Positions 13,140-27,983 of a DNA stretch of 64,000 nucleotides are shown one piece after another. The stretch is from Phyllobates terribilis (Eukaryota). Both the position numbers and the translations under genes were made by a program. The DNA lies in the NCBI RefSeq assembly GCF_046119375.1, contig NW_027362769.1, positions 362,390,001-362,454,000 on the forward strand, written 5' to 3'. Position 1 is the stretch's first letter; each line of letters begins with the position of its first letter. The notes beneath the pieces are model-generated. The model did no database searches, was not told where the DNA came from, and was given only the letters and a program-made list of their open reading frames with translations.

Positions 13140-13650
13140 GTGCATATACACTCATGGTCTGTGTGCCGTGAGATTTTTTTCTCACACGCATTGCTTTGCA
13201 TTGCTGAGTCTCGTCCGATATATGCAGCCACTCGCAGCATGCTGCGATTTTTTTTTTTTTCTCAGTCCGATTCGAGCTGAGAAAAAAATTGCAGATGAGC
13301 ACAATCATTCAATAACATTAGTCAGAGTGCAATCCAATTTTTTTATTGGATTGCACTCGTCCGATTTAAATGCAGGTGAGTATGAGCCCTTTGGGTTTGC
13401 TCACATCTGAGTATAAATCCGGCGAGTCCAATGTGAGAAAAAAAAAAATCGCATCGCATTGCACTTGCACTAATATTATTCAATAAGGCAGTGTTCATCT
13501 GTGAGATTTTTTCCTCAGGTGCAAATGGGCTGAGTAAAAAAATTGCAGCATGCGAACACCTGAGACTCACCAATGCAAGTCAATGAGTGCGAGGAAAAAA
13601 AACGACGGCACACGGACCATGCACACTCCATCATTTTTTTTCTCACACAC
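13140..13650. mobile_element. Foldback / MITE-like element with long imperfect inverted arms
   Basis: 13153-13310 (atggtctgtgtgccgt...gcatgctgcgattt...ctcag...) is an imperfect reverse complement of 13492-13622. No TSD identified and no family assigned. Confidence 0.55.
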
Positions 13651-13949
13651 ATCTCAGTAAAGACAGGAAATGTCTTCAGCCAAGTACAATAAATCCACAG
13701 CAAAACCCTTAGAATAGATAGATATCCTGTAGATATTTAATGTCACAAACCCCCTACATATAATAAACTAGCACTCTTTAGTGCCTTTCATATGATACTA
13801 AAGGGTGTCTAGGCTTATTTAACCTATTTAATTAAAAAAATAGTCTAAAATTAAAGGCCGTTGGGCCTCCCTATTTGTAATAACCAGCCAAGTGACAGCA
13901 GACAGCTGTGAGCTGGTCTTATTAAGTTGGGAAAGAGACAATTTCCATG

Positions 13950-14110
13950 CACCTTTCCAGCCTATTAATATCAGCCCCCAGCTGTCTTCTTTGCCTCTGC
14001 TGGTTGTTAAAAATGGGGTAAACAAAAAAAAATGATGTGGGGTCCCCCTATTTTTAATAACCAGCTAAGACAAAGCAGACACCTGGGGGCTGATATTAAT
14101 AGGCTGCGAA
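13950..14110. repeat. Inverted-repeat module within a dispersed repeat
   Basis: ccagcctattaatatcagcccccagctgtct (~13957) pairs with agacacctgggggctgatattaataggctg (~14078). Confidence 0.6.
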
Positions 14111-15339
14111 GGGTCAATGGATATTGGAGCTGGCTGTGGAGATAATATGGGGGAGCTGGCTGTGGGGACATTGAGGGGCTGAATGTATTGGTATTGCTGT
14201 GCAGAGAGCTTGTCTCTGCGCGGCAATACATTTCAATTGAATGTGTCCAGTGCGCTGACGTCGGCGGACCCCTGGACCTCGCCGCAATCATCAAGGGGTC
14301 TAGTATGCATGTAGGCCGCAAGTGCAAAAAGGACATCAAGGGAATGGAGGGCAGGTGTGAACAATATTTTTGTTTTTCTTTTATGTGTATGTGAACAACA
14401 GTACAATAGGGGACATTACTACAATATAGGGACAAGAATGGGGTAATACTACAAGATGAAGATGAGGATGAGCACATTATTGCAAGAAGGTGACCAGGAT
14501 GGGGCATTACTACAAGAAGGTTGTACCATCCATTCCCTGTGCCCTCGCATAGTTCCCCTGCACTCTTCATGAGGGATGCTGACAAACTCACTGCCCCGGC
14601 CACGGTAGCGTCCTCACGCTCCTCTCCCCCCTTCTCCTGAGCACACCTCACTGACGCGTGCCCCCATGCTCTTAAAGGGGCAGCGTGCGCACCTGCAAAG
14701 ATTCTCCAGCCAACAGCTGGGAGGCATCTTGTATAAAAGGTACCCTCCCCAATAGGGAGGTGCCTGAACAACCCCTACAGTTGCTTTTTGTTTGTGCAAC
14801 TGTATGTTGCCAGGTATATAATGTACACATAGCTCCCAACCATCCTGTTTTCGGCGGGACTGTCCCGCTCCCCGTCACGGCTCAGCTGTCCTCCCGGCTG
14901 TGGAGGGTGGTGTTGCGGCGGTGGAGCAGCGGGCACAGGTAGTAGCCAGCAGCCACAGCTATCATGTGTGCCTGCTGCTAAACAAAATGAATATTCACTC
15001 TTCTCCATGCCCATGGGAGTGAAGATTCATTCTCTTTAGTAGCGGTCATGGAGTCACAGCAGGAGCTGCGTCCTTGCTCACAGTGCGCGCTATTAAGGAG
15101 AATGATTATTCACTCCTCTCCACGCCCATAGTCCCGGCGTGGAGAGGAGTGAATATCCCCGCAACTCACTTTGGCATCTGAGAGCACATGGCAGTCATGT
15201 CATTCGCTGATCAGCTGCTGAGATCAGCTACTGACAGACAGGACACAGCGCTGGAGCAGAGGGGAGGAAGGAAGGTGAACAGAAGTGTTTATTTTTTTCA
15301 TGTGTGCAGTGATGGGGTGCCATGCACACTAGGATAGTG

Positions 15340-15530
15340 GGGCCATGCATACCAGGATTGGGGATGAGGGGGGCCATGCACACCAGGAATGGGGATGAGG
15401 GGGGCCATGCACACCAGGAATGGGGATGAGGCGGGCCATGCACACCAGGATTGGGGAGGAGGGGGCCACACATGCCAGGATGGGGATGATTGGGCCATGC
15501 ATACCAGGAATGGAGATGAGGGCCATCTGC
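15340..15530. repeat. ~30-bp minisatellite (gggccatgcacaccaggaatggggatgagg), about 6-7 copies
   Basis: Tandem copies read directly from the sequence. Confidence 0.9.
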
Positions 15531-15625
15531 TGAATGCCCATCATTACCAGCGCCCCTTTGACAACTCCTCCTGCCACTGGAGAAAGAAATGGGTAAATGG
15601 GCGTGTGGCCAAAATTTGCCTGCTC

Positions 15626-15712
15626 TATATACTGTGCACACTGCTCTATATGCTATACAGACTGCTCTATACACTGTACACACTGCTCTATACACTGTAT
15701 ACACTGCTCTAT
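15626..15712. repeat. 21-bp minisatellite (tatacactgtacacactgctc), about 4 copies
   Basis: Tandem copies read directly from the sequence. Confidence 0.85.
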
Positions 15713-15936
15713 TATCAGTGACACTTATAAGGCTGCTGATCTGGGCTGTACAGATGTGGAGTTGTGCAGTCTGTGCACTACATACAGCTGTGCTCTGTGT
15801 GTAGACACTGCATTTTGTGTCTTCTCTCAGTATTTCAAATTTTACACAATAGTGGGGTCACATAAATACATTAATATCTCACAGTTATCTCACCGGAGAT
15901 GTTTATGTGTTTGGTTGGGGGATGAGTTGCATTGTG

Positions 15937-16299
15937 AAGCTGGCCGTCAAGGCTCTGGTCACCAAGGGCGCCTTCCTCCAGGTGAAGGGCAGCGGCGCCT
16001 CCGGGTCCTTCAAGCTGAACAAGAAGCAGCAGGAGACTAAGGACAAAGCGGCCAAGAAGAAGTCAGCAGCTGCGACCAAGCCCAAGAAACCCGCTGCAGC
16101 CAAGAAAGCCGCCAAGTCTCCGAAGAAGCCCAAGAAGGCTCCGACCGCGGCCAAGAAGAGCCCGAAAAAGGCCAAGAAGCCCGCAGCAGCTGCCAAGAAG
16201 GCGGCCAAGAAGCCAAAGGCCGCTCCGAAGCCCAAGAAGGTGACGAAGAGTCCGGCTAAGAAGGCAGCTAAAGCCAAGAAGCCCGCAGCTAAGAAATAA
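15937..16299 (+). pseudogene. H1: Linker histone H1, 5'-truncated (only the end of the globular domain and the C-terminal tail remain)
   Basis: [30 protein letters not shown] followed by a K/A/P-rich tail with SPKK motifs, a stop at 16299 and a stem-loop. The N-terminus and promoter are replaced by unrelated sequence. Confidence 0.9.
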
Positions 16300-16329
16300 T
16301 CCAAAGCTGCCCTGTTATTACACCACAAA

Positions 16330-16345
16330 GGCTCTTTTCAGAGCC
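16330..16345 (+). terminator. Histone 3' stem-loop of H1 (SLBP site)
   Basis: GGCTCTTTTCAGAGCC followed by ACCAC; HDE AGAGCTG near 16363. Confidence 0.95.
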
Positions 16346-16486
16346 ACCACCTTGTCCCCTGCAGAGCTGTATTATCCGTGCCATCACCTTGTCGGAAGAG
16401 CTGTATAATCAGAGCCACCATCTTGTCCCTGGCAGAACAGTTTTTCTATAAAGAGGGTCTGTTCCTACTAATCTGCTGCGCTGTAT

Positions 16487-16978
<492 letters not shown>

Positions 16979-17009
16979 ATCCGTCCTACACGTCTGACTA
17001 TAACACAAA

Positions 17010-17025
17010 GGCTCTTTTCAGGGCC
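17010..17025 (+). terminator. Histone 3' stem-loop of H3 copy 1
   Basis: GGCTCTTTTCAGGGCC (one G-U pair); HDE-like AACGAGCTG at ~17043. Confidence 0.9.
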
Positions 17026-17861
17026 ACCAAATCCTCCATAATAACGAGCTGATCCCTCATCTGCTTCATATTCTGCTGAGTGTTCACTTGTGCTCAGTAA
17101 CATCAGGGGCGCTCAGTTCTCTTCTCAGTCTGCAGTTGGTATCTGGGGGGATTATTCCCTTGAGTGCAGTTATAAGGGTGTGTAGAAATGATGTGATGAC
17201 TACACGAAGTACATTCTACTCATTCAACCACTTAATATTCGTATCCCCACTAGTTTTCGCGACGATCCTGCTGCATATCGAATAATATCAGCCTTATATA
17301 ATCTGTTAGGAGTCTGTACGGTGTTGTGAAGAAATCTAGAAAAAATGCGCAGATTTCTTGGTGTATATGATGCGATCATTATAGGACGTCCATTATCCAG
17401 CGCTATCTCCTGTGAACACTCGCTGACTCCTATCAGCCGCACGGGTCTGATCCTGAAAACGCATCAGGATTAAGAGACTAATATCCTCTGCAGCTCTGTA
17501 GTAGGTTTATCTAGATAATATTAACCTACATTTTATAAAATCCCCACCTCCTTCTTTCAAAGTTCTCTGTAAACTGCAGTATCTCGTTTCTTTATATTCC
17601 CGGCACTCGGAATATTGCTGGTGTGATGGAGTCACCATTGTTAGAATCAAAGTTCTGCACTTTGTGTTCTAGAAAGCGGATACTGTTCCCTTAATCCTGG
17701 AAAACGAGAAATTCCTGTATGGAACCAAGAAACCATTGATCGCTCAACACAAGCAAATTTCCTGATATCCGACCGTCCTGAAACCACGTGATCCAGAAGG
17801 ACAAAGAACAGAAAAAGCCATCAGCCCCTGAGCGGGGACTTCATATTCGGTAACTATTAAC

Positions 17862-17990
17862 ATTAGCTCCTCCCCTTCCTCTGCTGATTGGCTGAACACA
17901 GGACGTTAGGGAGTTTGAATTTCCCGCTCCTTGTAGTTTCCGCAGCTTCTACATGTAATTGTGTTACTACTTCTGCTGTGAAGAGAAGTG
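17862..17990 (-). promoter_or_regulatory. Inverted paralogue of the H4 upstream module (E2F-like GCGGGAAA, TTCAAA CHR-like and CCAAT)
   Basis: The reverse complement matches 18737-18830 over ~95 bp, with weaker similarity beyond. TTTGAA at 17914-17919, TTTCCCGC at 17920-17927, ATTGG at 17887-17891. Confidence 0.7.
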
Positions 17991-18763
17991 TCCGGTCTAT
18001 AGATAAACTCCACTGAGCACATTCATGTAATCACCTTCCAGATCACAGTGTATTCTCCATTGGATATGGGACCACTGGAATGAGAATCAATCAGCTGCTC
18101 AGTGATTATGTTATTTATACGGTTCCTTTTTTATTTGACCAATCTGAGCTGTTGTCTTTATCTTCTACAGGAAGAATTCTGTTCCCAATTGATATCAGTA
18201 CTGTCCTGCCATTATCGTTTGCAGGAAGAGACCCTCTGTAAGCCAAACTGAGGGGATTCCCGGCTTATGAGCTGGTGTCAGTATCGGAGCAGTGCTGCTG
18301 ACCGCGGCTTCCTCCCTGCACTGTCCTTAGAAGAGGCAATAATCCTGGCTGCCACAATCCTCCTCACATCACCGCACCCCAAGAGCAATTCTATCAGAAG
18401 TGACAAGCCCATCTTAGAAATGTCAGAGCTCAGTCAGGATCCTATAGATTAGCCGACGGGAGCAGCCAGAATGTCCCATGTAGATTGTACAGAATGCAAG
18501 GGATGATGAGGGGAGTAGTAAGGTGCGGAAATGACCCTTCCTGGACATTAGTGAATAGCATGTTACGAATATGATGGAAGTGGGGGTTAATCACTGTCAG
18601 TGCCGTTATAGGTATATTCAGCAGTGATCTGAAGCTTCTATATGAAGTGTAGATCACTTGCAGCTGGTGTCGTGTCTGCCCTTCTATTTATAGACTGTTT
18701 CTGAAACATTTCTCATCACAGGGAAAAAATCTATAATTAGACGCTGCGGAAACTGCACAATGA

Positions 18764-19265
<502 letters not shown>

Positions 19266-19297
19266 TTGTGTTCTCTGCTCAATCCTGACAACCCAAA

Positions 19298-19313
19298 GGC
19301 TCTTTTCAGAGCC
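19298..19313 (+). terminator. Histone 3' stem-loop of H4
   Basis: GGCTCTTTTCAGAGCC followed by ACCAC. Confidence 0.95.
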
Positions 19314-20321
19314 ACCACATCTTCTAAGTGAGAGGCTACAATCTCCTGTTGTGGAATAATAATCCCTGTGCTTGTGTGAATGCCAGTACAAGCTTTATAC
19401 GCTGTTCACAAGGAGTTTAAATGTTCACTCATTGTTGAGAACGAACTCTGAGAATACTGGCACTGAAGGGTTAAAAGTTTGTTGTGATTGGAATTATGTA
19501 ACTTCTTTAACCTATTGTGTTCCATACAGGAATCTGTAGTTCTCCCGAGTCAAGGAAGCAGTATCCGCATCCGGATGTTCCGAGTGCTGCTTACAGAAAG
19601 GAAACCTAAGATCCTGTGATTGAGGACGGGGCTTGTATCAGGCTCAGTGTATATGGAGGCCGCTGAAGGTTCATAATCATAACACCACAAAAATTAATGG
19701 GAGGCCCAACCTCTTTCTGATGAGAACGATCACCGTGTTTGGGGCAAGATGCTCTGCCCTGTATTCTCAGAGGGGTAGAGCTGTCCCCGAACCGCATTGC
19801 TTAGATTGCGATCTCCGCTACAAGCAGAGGGGCCGGTAATAATCCGACGAACAAAGAACAACGATTGAGCGGCAAATTCAAAACCACCAACGGATCTGTG
19901 ATCAGTGAATGCCAGACAGACCTCAGCAGGCGCCGATCAATACCAGATACAAATGTTTCCTCCACCGTTTAACTCTCTATTAGCCGGCTGTGTGCTGATC
20001 CCCGCTCCACACTTATACATGCTTTACAGAAGCGGAGATTTCCCACACACCAGACCCGGCAGCGCTCACATCAGGTTCTTATTAGTCTGTGATAAGATCG
20101 GAGTTGACACCACTGGGAATCAGCCTAGAATATTACGTGGGTGAATGAGGGGCTTCCTGGATGTTCTATGTAATGCTTTACTTTTCTAATCTATAATAAA
20201 CCATACAATATAGAATAGATTGTGTAGTATCTATAAATCGCCTGGTGTCCCTGTTATAAGACACTTAAGCGATGGTTCTCTTATCCATCAGCGGTGCCGG
20301 CTCTTACAAGGAGGATGTGGT

Positions 20322-20337
20322 GGCTCTTAGAAGAGCC
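20322..20337 (-). terminator. Histone 3' stem-loop of H2A
   Basis: Minus strand GGCTCTTCTAAGAGCC followed by ACCAC. Confidence 0.93.
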
Positions 20338-20371
20338 TTTGGTTGTTCGGACAGATGTGGAGGAGAGGCGC

Positions 20372-21478
<1,107 letters not shown>

Positions 21479-21511
21479 NNNNNTCCGTCTGCTGCTCGCC
21501 ATCACCCCAAA

Positions 21512-21527
21512 GGCTCTTCTAAGAGCC
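21512..21527 (+). terminator. Histone 3' stem-loop of H2B
   Basis: GGCTCTTCTAAGAGCC followed by ACCAC. Confidence 0.95.
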
Positions 21528-21533
21528 ACCACC

Positions 21534-21950
21534 CCGTCTACATCAGAGCTGTGGCTGCTCCTGTGTCCTCTCCCGTCTACATCAGAGCTGTGGCTGCTCC
21601 TGTGTCCTCTCCCGTCTACATCAGAGCTGTGGCTGCTCCTGTGTCCTCTCCCGTCTCCATCAGAGCTGTGGCTGCTCCTGTGTCCTCTCCCGTCTACAGA
21701 GCGGTGGCTGCTCCTGTGTCCTCTCCCGTCTACATCAGAGCGGTGGCTGCTCCTGTGTCCTCTCCCGCCTACATCAGAGCTGTGGCTGCTCCTGTGTCCT
21801 CTCCCATCTACATCGGAGCGGTGGCTTCTCCTGTGTCCTCTCCCGTCTACATCAGAGCTGTGGCTGCTCCTGTGTCCTCTCCCGTCTACATCAGAGCTGT
21901 GGCTGCTCCTGTGTCCTCTCCCGTCTACATCGGAGCTGTGGCTGCTCATG
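21534..21950 (+). repeat. 39-bp tandem array (about 11 copies), each unit carrying the HDE core AGAGCTG or a variant
   Basis: Unit ccgtctacatcagagctgtggctgctcctgtgtcctctc. The first AGAGCTG (21545-21551) is at the normal HDE position. Confidence 0.95.
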
Positions 21951-22212
21951 TGTTCTGTCTATTCACAGGGTAAATGGCAGGTGGCGCTAGTACAGCTGAT
22001 TAACCCTTTCTAGACTGATGGTGAAACCTATGAATGTTGTGGTGACCCTTCTTTGTTATTAGGGATAACTTTGGAATAGACAGCAAAGGGTCTTCACATT
22101 GCCAGTGAGATTCAAATTAAAATACTTCATCGATGAAAGGAGAGAGACAAAATACATGCGACATGCATTGTCGGCAGGTAATGTCTTATGTGTGGCAGCT
22201 AAGACTCACCAC

Positions 22213-23833
<1,621 letters not shown>

Positions 23834-25220
23834 TAATAACGAGCTAATCCCTCACATCTGCTTCATATTCTGCTGAGTATTCACTTGTGCTCAGTAACAT
23901 CTGGGTCGCTCAGTTCTCTGCTCAGTCCGCTCTTGGTATCTCGGTGGAGATATTCCCTTCAATGCCGTTATAACTGCAGAAATAGTTTAATTATAGCTCT
24001 GTAGTAGATTTCGCTAGAAAATAACCTACAATTTGGACAGTCTCCCAACCCTTTCTTTCAATGTTCTTTAACCCCTTTACCCCCCAGGGTTGTTTGCACG
24101 TTAATGACCAGGCCAATTTCTACAATTCTGACCACTGTCATTTTATGAGGTAATTACTCTGAAACGCTTTAACGGATCTCACTGATTCTGAGACTGTTTT
24201 TTCGAGATTGTACTTCATGATAGTGGTAACATTTCTTTGATATCACTTACGTTTATTTGTGAAAAAATTGGAAATTTGGCAAAAATTTTGAAAATTTCAC
24301 AATTTTCAAAATTTGAATTTTTATTCCGTTAAATCAGAGAGAAATGTTACACAAAATAGTTAATAAATAACATTTCCCACATGTCTGCTTCACTTCAGTA
24401 CAATTTTGGAACCAAAATTTTTTTTTATTAGTGCGCTATAAGGGTTAAAAGTTGATCAGCAATTTCTCATTTTTCCCACAAAATTTAAAAAAACATTTTT
24501 TTAGGGACCACATCACATTTGAAGTGACTTTGAGGGGCCTTTGTGACAGAAAATACCCAAATGTGACACCATTCTAAAAACTGCACCCCTCCAGGTGCTC
24601 AAAACCACATTCATGAAGTTTATTAACCTTTCACATGCTTCACAGGAATTTTTGGAATGGGGAAGAAAAAAATGAACATTTAACTTTTTTCACAAAAATG
24701 TTACTTTAGACCCCATTTTTTTTTTATTTTTTCAGGGATAACAGGAAAAATTGGACCCCTAAGTTTGTTGTGCAACTTTCGCTGAGCATGCAGATACCCC
24801 ATACGTGGGGAAAAAGTACTGTTTGGGCGCACAGCAGGGCTCAGAAGAGAAGGAGCGCCATTTGACTTTTTGAATGTAAAATTTGCTTGAATAATTAGCG
24901 GACGTCATGTTGCGTTTGGAGAGCCCCTGATGTGCCTAAATAGTGGAAACCCCCCACAAGTGACTCTATTTTGGAAACTAGACCCCTCAGGTAATTTATC
25001 TAAATTTATATTGAGCACATTGAACCCCCAGGTGCTTCACAGAAGTTTATAACATGGAGCCGTAAAAATAAAATTTTCACATTTTTCCCACAAAAATGTT
25101 TTTCAGCCCCAAGTTTTGCATTTTCCTAAGGGTAACAGGAGAAATTGCACCATGCAACTTGTGCAATCTCTCCTGAGTTAGCTCATACCCCATATGTGGG
25201 GGAAAACCACTGCTTGGGCG

Positions 25221-27180
25221 TAATAATAATAATAATAATAATCTTTATTTATATAGCGCCAACATATTCCGCAGCGCTTAACAATTCACAGGTTCATGTA
25301 CAACAGTCATAAGTAACATAGCTAAAGATAATACAATAATTACAGCAAAAATATTGACGACCCTGCTCCTAAGAGCTTACAATCTACAATGAGGTGGGGG
25401 TGACACAAAGTACAATGGCTTATTTACAAGGATGGTCCAGCCATCTTGAGGGGATGAGGGATAGATAGAGGCTGCATGAGCTTGTCACCAGCCAGTATCT
25501 GTAGTGCTTTTTGGTTAGGTGGAGACTTATGTTTGGAGAAATAAGGAATGGGCTATAAGAATATAAAAGGACTTTGATTAGAGAACGTGATAGGCCACCC
25601 TAAACAGATGTGTTTTTAGGGAGCGCCTAAAACTGTGTAAATTGTGGTTCATCCTAATTTCTTGGGGTAGAGCATTCCAAAGAATAGGTGCAGCTCGGGA
25701 GAAGTCTTGAAGCCGGGAGTGGGAGGTACGGATTAGTGCGGATGTTAGTCGAAAGTCACTTGCAGAGCGTAGAAAACGGGTAGGCCGATAAACAGAAAAG
25801 AGGGAAGAGATGTAGGGTGGTGCCGCACTGTGGAGAGCTTTGTAGGTGAGAGCAAGCAATTTAAATTGGATCCTATAATTCATGGGCAGCCAGTGCAATG
25901 ACTGGCACAGAGCGAAAGCGTCTGAGTAACGATTAGCCAGATAGATGACCCTGGCTGCAGCATTAAGGATGGACTGGAGGGGGGAAAGTCGAGTGAGGGG
26001 GAGGCCAATTAAGAGAGAGTTACAGTAGTCAAGGCGGGAGTGGATCAGGGCAACAGTGAGGGTTTTTGTTGTTTCCAAGGTGAGAAAGGGGCGGATTCTA
26101 GAGATGTTCTTCAGGTGCAAGCGACAAGAGCGGGCAAGAGATTGTATGTGGAAGGTGAAGGAGAGATTGGTGTCAAACACAACGCCCAAGCAACGCGCCT
26201 GCTTGCTCGGCATTATTGTGGTGCCACACACTGAGAGAGAGATGTCAGATTTAGAGAGGTGAGTAGACGGCGGGAACAGAAGAAGTTCAGTTTTTGAGAG
26301 GTTGAGTTTCAGATAGAGAGTGGACATGATTTTAGAAACTGCGGCCAGACAGTCACTGGTGTTCGGTAGTACAGCGGGGGCAAGGTCAGGGGATGAGGTG
26401 TATAGTTGTGTGTCATCAGCATAAAGATGATACTGCAAACCAAATTTGCTGATTGTCTGTCCAATTGGGGCTGTGTAGAGAGAGAAGAGAAGAGGGCCAA
26501 GGACTGAACCCTGAGGAACCCCAATAGTGAGAGGAAGAGGGGAAGAAGTGGAGCCAGCGAACGATACACTGAAAGAGCGGTCAGATAGGTAGGAGGAGAA
26601 CCAGGAGAGAGCAGTGTCCTTTATGCCGATTGAGTGAAGCATAGAGAGTAGGAGGTGGTGGTCAACGGTGTCAAAGGCTGCAGAGAGGTCAAGAAGAATG
26701 AGCAAAGAGTGGTCACCATTACATTTTGCTGTCAGAAGGTCATTGGTTACTTTGATGAGTGCAGTTTCTGTAGAATGTAGAGGGCGGAAGCCGGACTGTG
26801 ATGGGTCTAGAAGAGAGTGAGTGGAGAGGTAGCTGGTAAGGCGGGAGTAGACCAGGCGCTCCAAGAGTTTAGAGATGAAGGGAAGATTGGAGACTGGTCT
26901 GTAGTTGTTTGTGCAGGAAGGGTCAAGAGAGGGCTTTTTTAATAATGGAGTGATGATGGAGTGTTTGAAGGAAGAGGGGAAGATACCAGAAGAGAGGGAG
27001 AGGTTGAAGATTTTAGTTAGGTGAGTAGTGACGACTGAAGAAAGAGACTGGAGTAGATGTGAGGGGATGGGGTCAGTGGTGCATGTGGTGGGATGAGAAG
27101 AAGAGAGGAGCCTGGAGACTTCGTCTTCTGTGACTGGGTCAAATGTGGAGAGGGATCCAGAGGGGATGTGGGGGGGTGAG
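25221..27180 (-). mobile_element. 5'-truncated L2/CR1-group LINE
   Basis: (ATT)n tail at 25221-25242 with terminal agcgctgcggaatatgttggcgctatataaataaag. RT motifs [54 protein letters not shown]. Confidence 0.93.
25578..27180 (-). CDS. L2 ORF2 fragment (RT domain); the frame stays open upstream of the tracked ORF start
   Basis: Tracked ORF 25578-26864 extends in frame to ...[19 protein letters not shown]...; no endonuclease domain, so non-autonomous. Confidence 0.8.
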
Positions 27181-27234
27181 ACTCACGGCACAGAATTTGA
27201 TAACATTAGGTCATCATATTTAATAAGTTGTCAT

Positions 27235-27369
27235 TAGTCTTGAGTGTAAGTGCTCGCTACTTGAGTTTGCATCAGGTACTCGGGCATATCACTCGAGCAC
27301 CCGCGATACTCATTGCATACCCGAGCACACGATGCAAACTCAAGTAGTGAGCATTTGCGCTCAACACTG
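27235..27369. mobile_element. 135-bp hAT MITE
   Basis: ~40-bp imperfect TIRs (tagtcttgagtgtaagtgctcgctacttgagtttgcatc vs the reverse complement cagtgttgagcgcaaatgctcactacttgagtttgcatc). Flanks gttgtcat and gtcgccat match at 6/8 with both differences being C/T transitions, consistent with an 8-bp TSD. Confidence 0.8.
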
Positions 27370-27414
27370 GTCGCCATATTGTCATCATTTTTTTTATTAA
27401 CTTTTGAAAAAATC

Positions 27415-27580
27415 CCAACCCCAACTATAATACAACCCTAACTCCAACCCCAACCATAGACCCAACCCTACCCCAACCCTAACCCTAACCCCAACCACAG
27501 CCTAACCCTAGCCCAACCCTAACCCCAAAAACTAACCCCAACTCTAGCCCAACCCTAACCCTAGCACAACCCTAACCCTA
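27415..27580. repeat. Degenerate telomere-like hexamer array (CCCTAA/CCCCAA/CCCTAG)
   Basis: Read directly from the sequence; lies inside the TTAA-anchored element. Confidence 0.85.
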
Positions 27581-27983
27581 GAGTTTTTTTTTTTACACCG
27601 TTCCTCGTGTGGCATAAGTGATTAGACGACTTTATTCTCCGGGTCGGTGCGATTACAGCGATACCAGATTCATATCGTATTTTTATGATTGACAGCTGTC
27701 ACAACACTAAAAGACGCTTTTTTTGCAAAGACTTGTTTTTACATCACCATATTTTGAGAGCTATAATTTTTCCATATTTTGTCCGACAGAGTCATGTGAA
27801 GGCTTGTTTTTTGCGGGACAAGTTGACGTTTTTATTGATACCATTTTCGGGCATGTGACATTTTTTGATCGCTTTCTATTCTGATTTTTGGGAGGCAGAA
27901 TAAACAAAAACCAACAATTCAGGAATTGTTTTTTTTTTTTTTTTTTTATGCTGTTCCGCGTGTGGTAAAATTGATAAGGCAGC

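Larger units (their letters stand above)
24072..27983 (+). mobile_element. TTAA-anchored non-autonomous DNA transposon-like element (piggyBac-type left end), interrupted by an L2 and a MITE and truncated by Penelope
   Basis: TTAA at 24068-24071 followed by CCCCTTT. Internally repeated modules (ataccccatacgtgggg/ataccccatatgtgggg; ttttacaccgttcctcgtgtggc/ttttatgctgttccgcgtgtgg). The right end is not found, so the superfamily call is tentative. Confidence 0.45.

Noticed and set aside
14540-14870. Possible LTR fragment (ctcttaaagggg...gcgtgcgc) and possible Blackjack-type hAT end (catagctcccaacc...gggactgtccc)
   Set aside because: Only short motif resemblance; no ends or TSD could be defined.
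17220-17760. Highly eroded L1 ORF1 in the H3-H4 spacer (and a similar hint at 19560-19720)
   Set aside because: Only scattered peptide resemblance with no convincing motif; needs a profile search.
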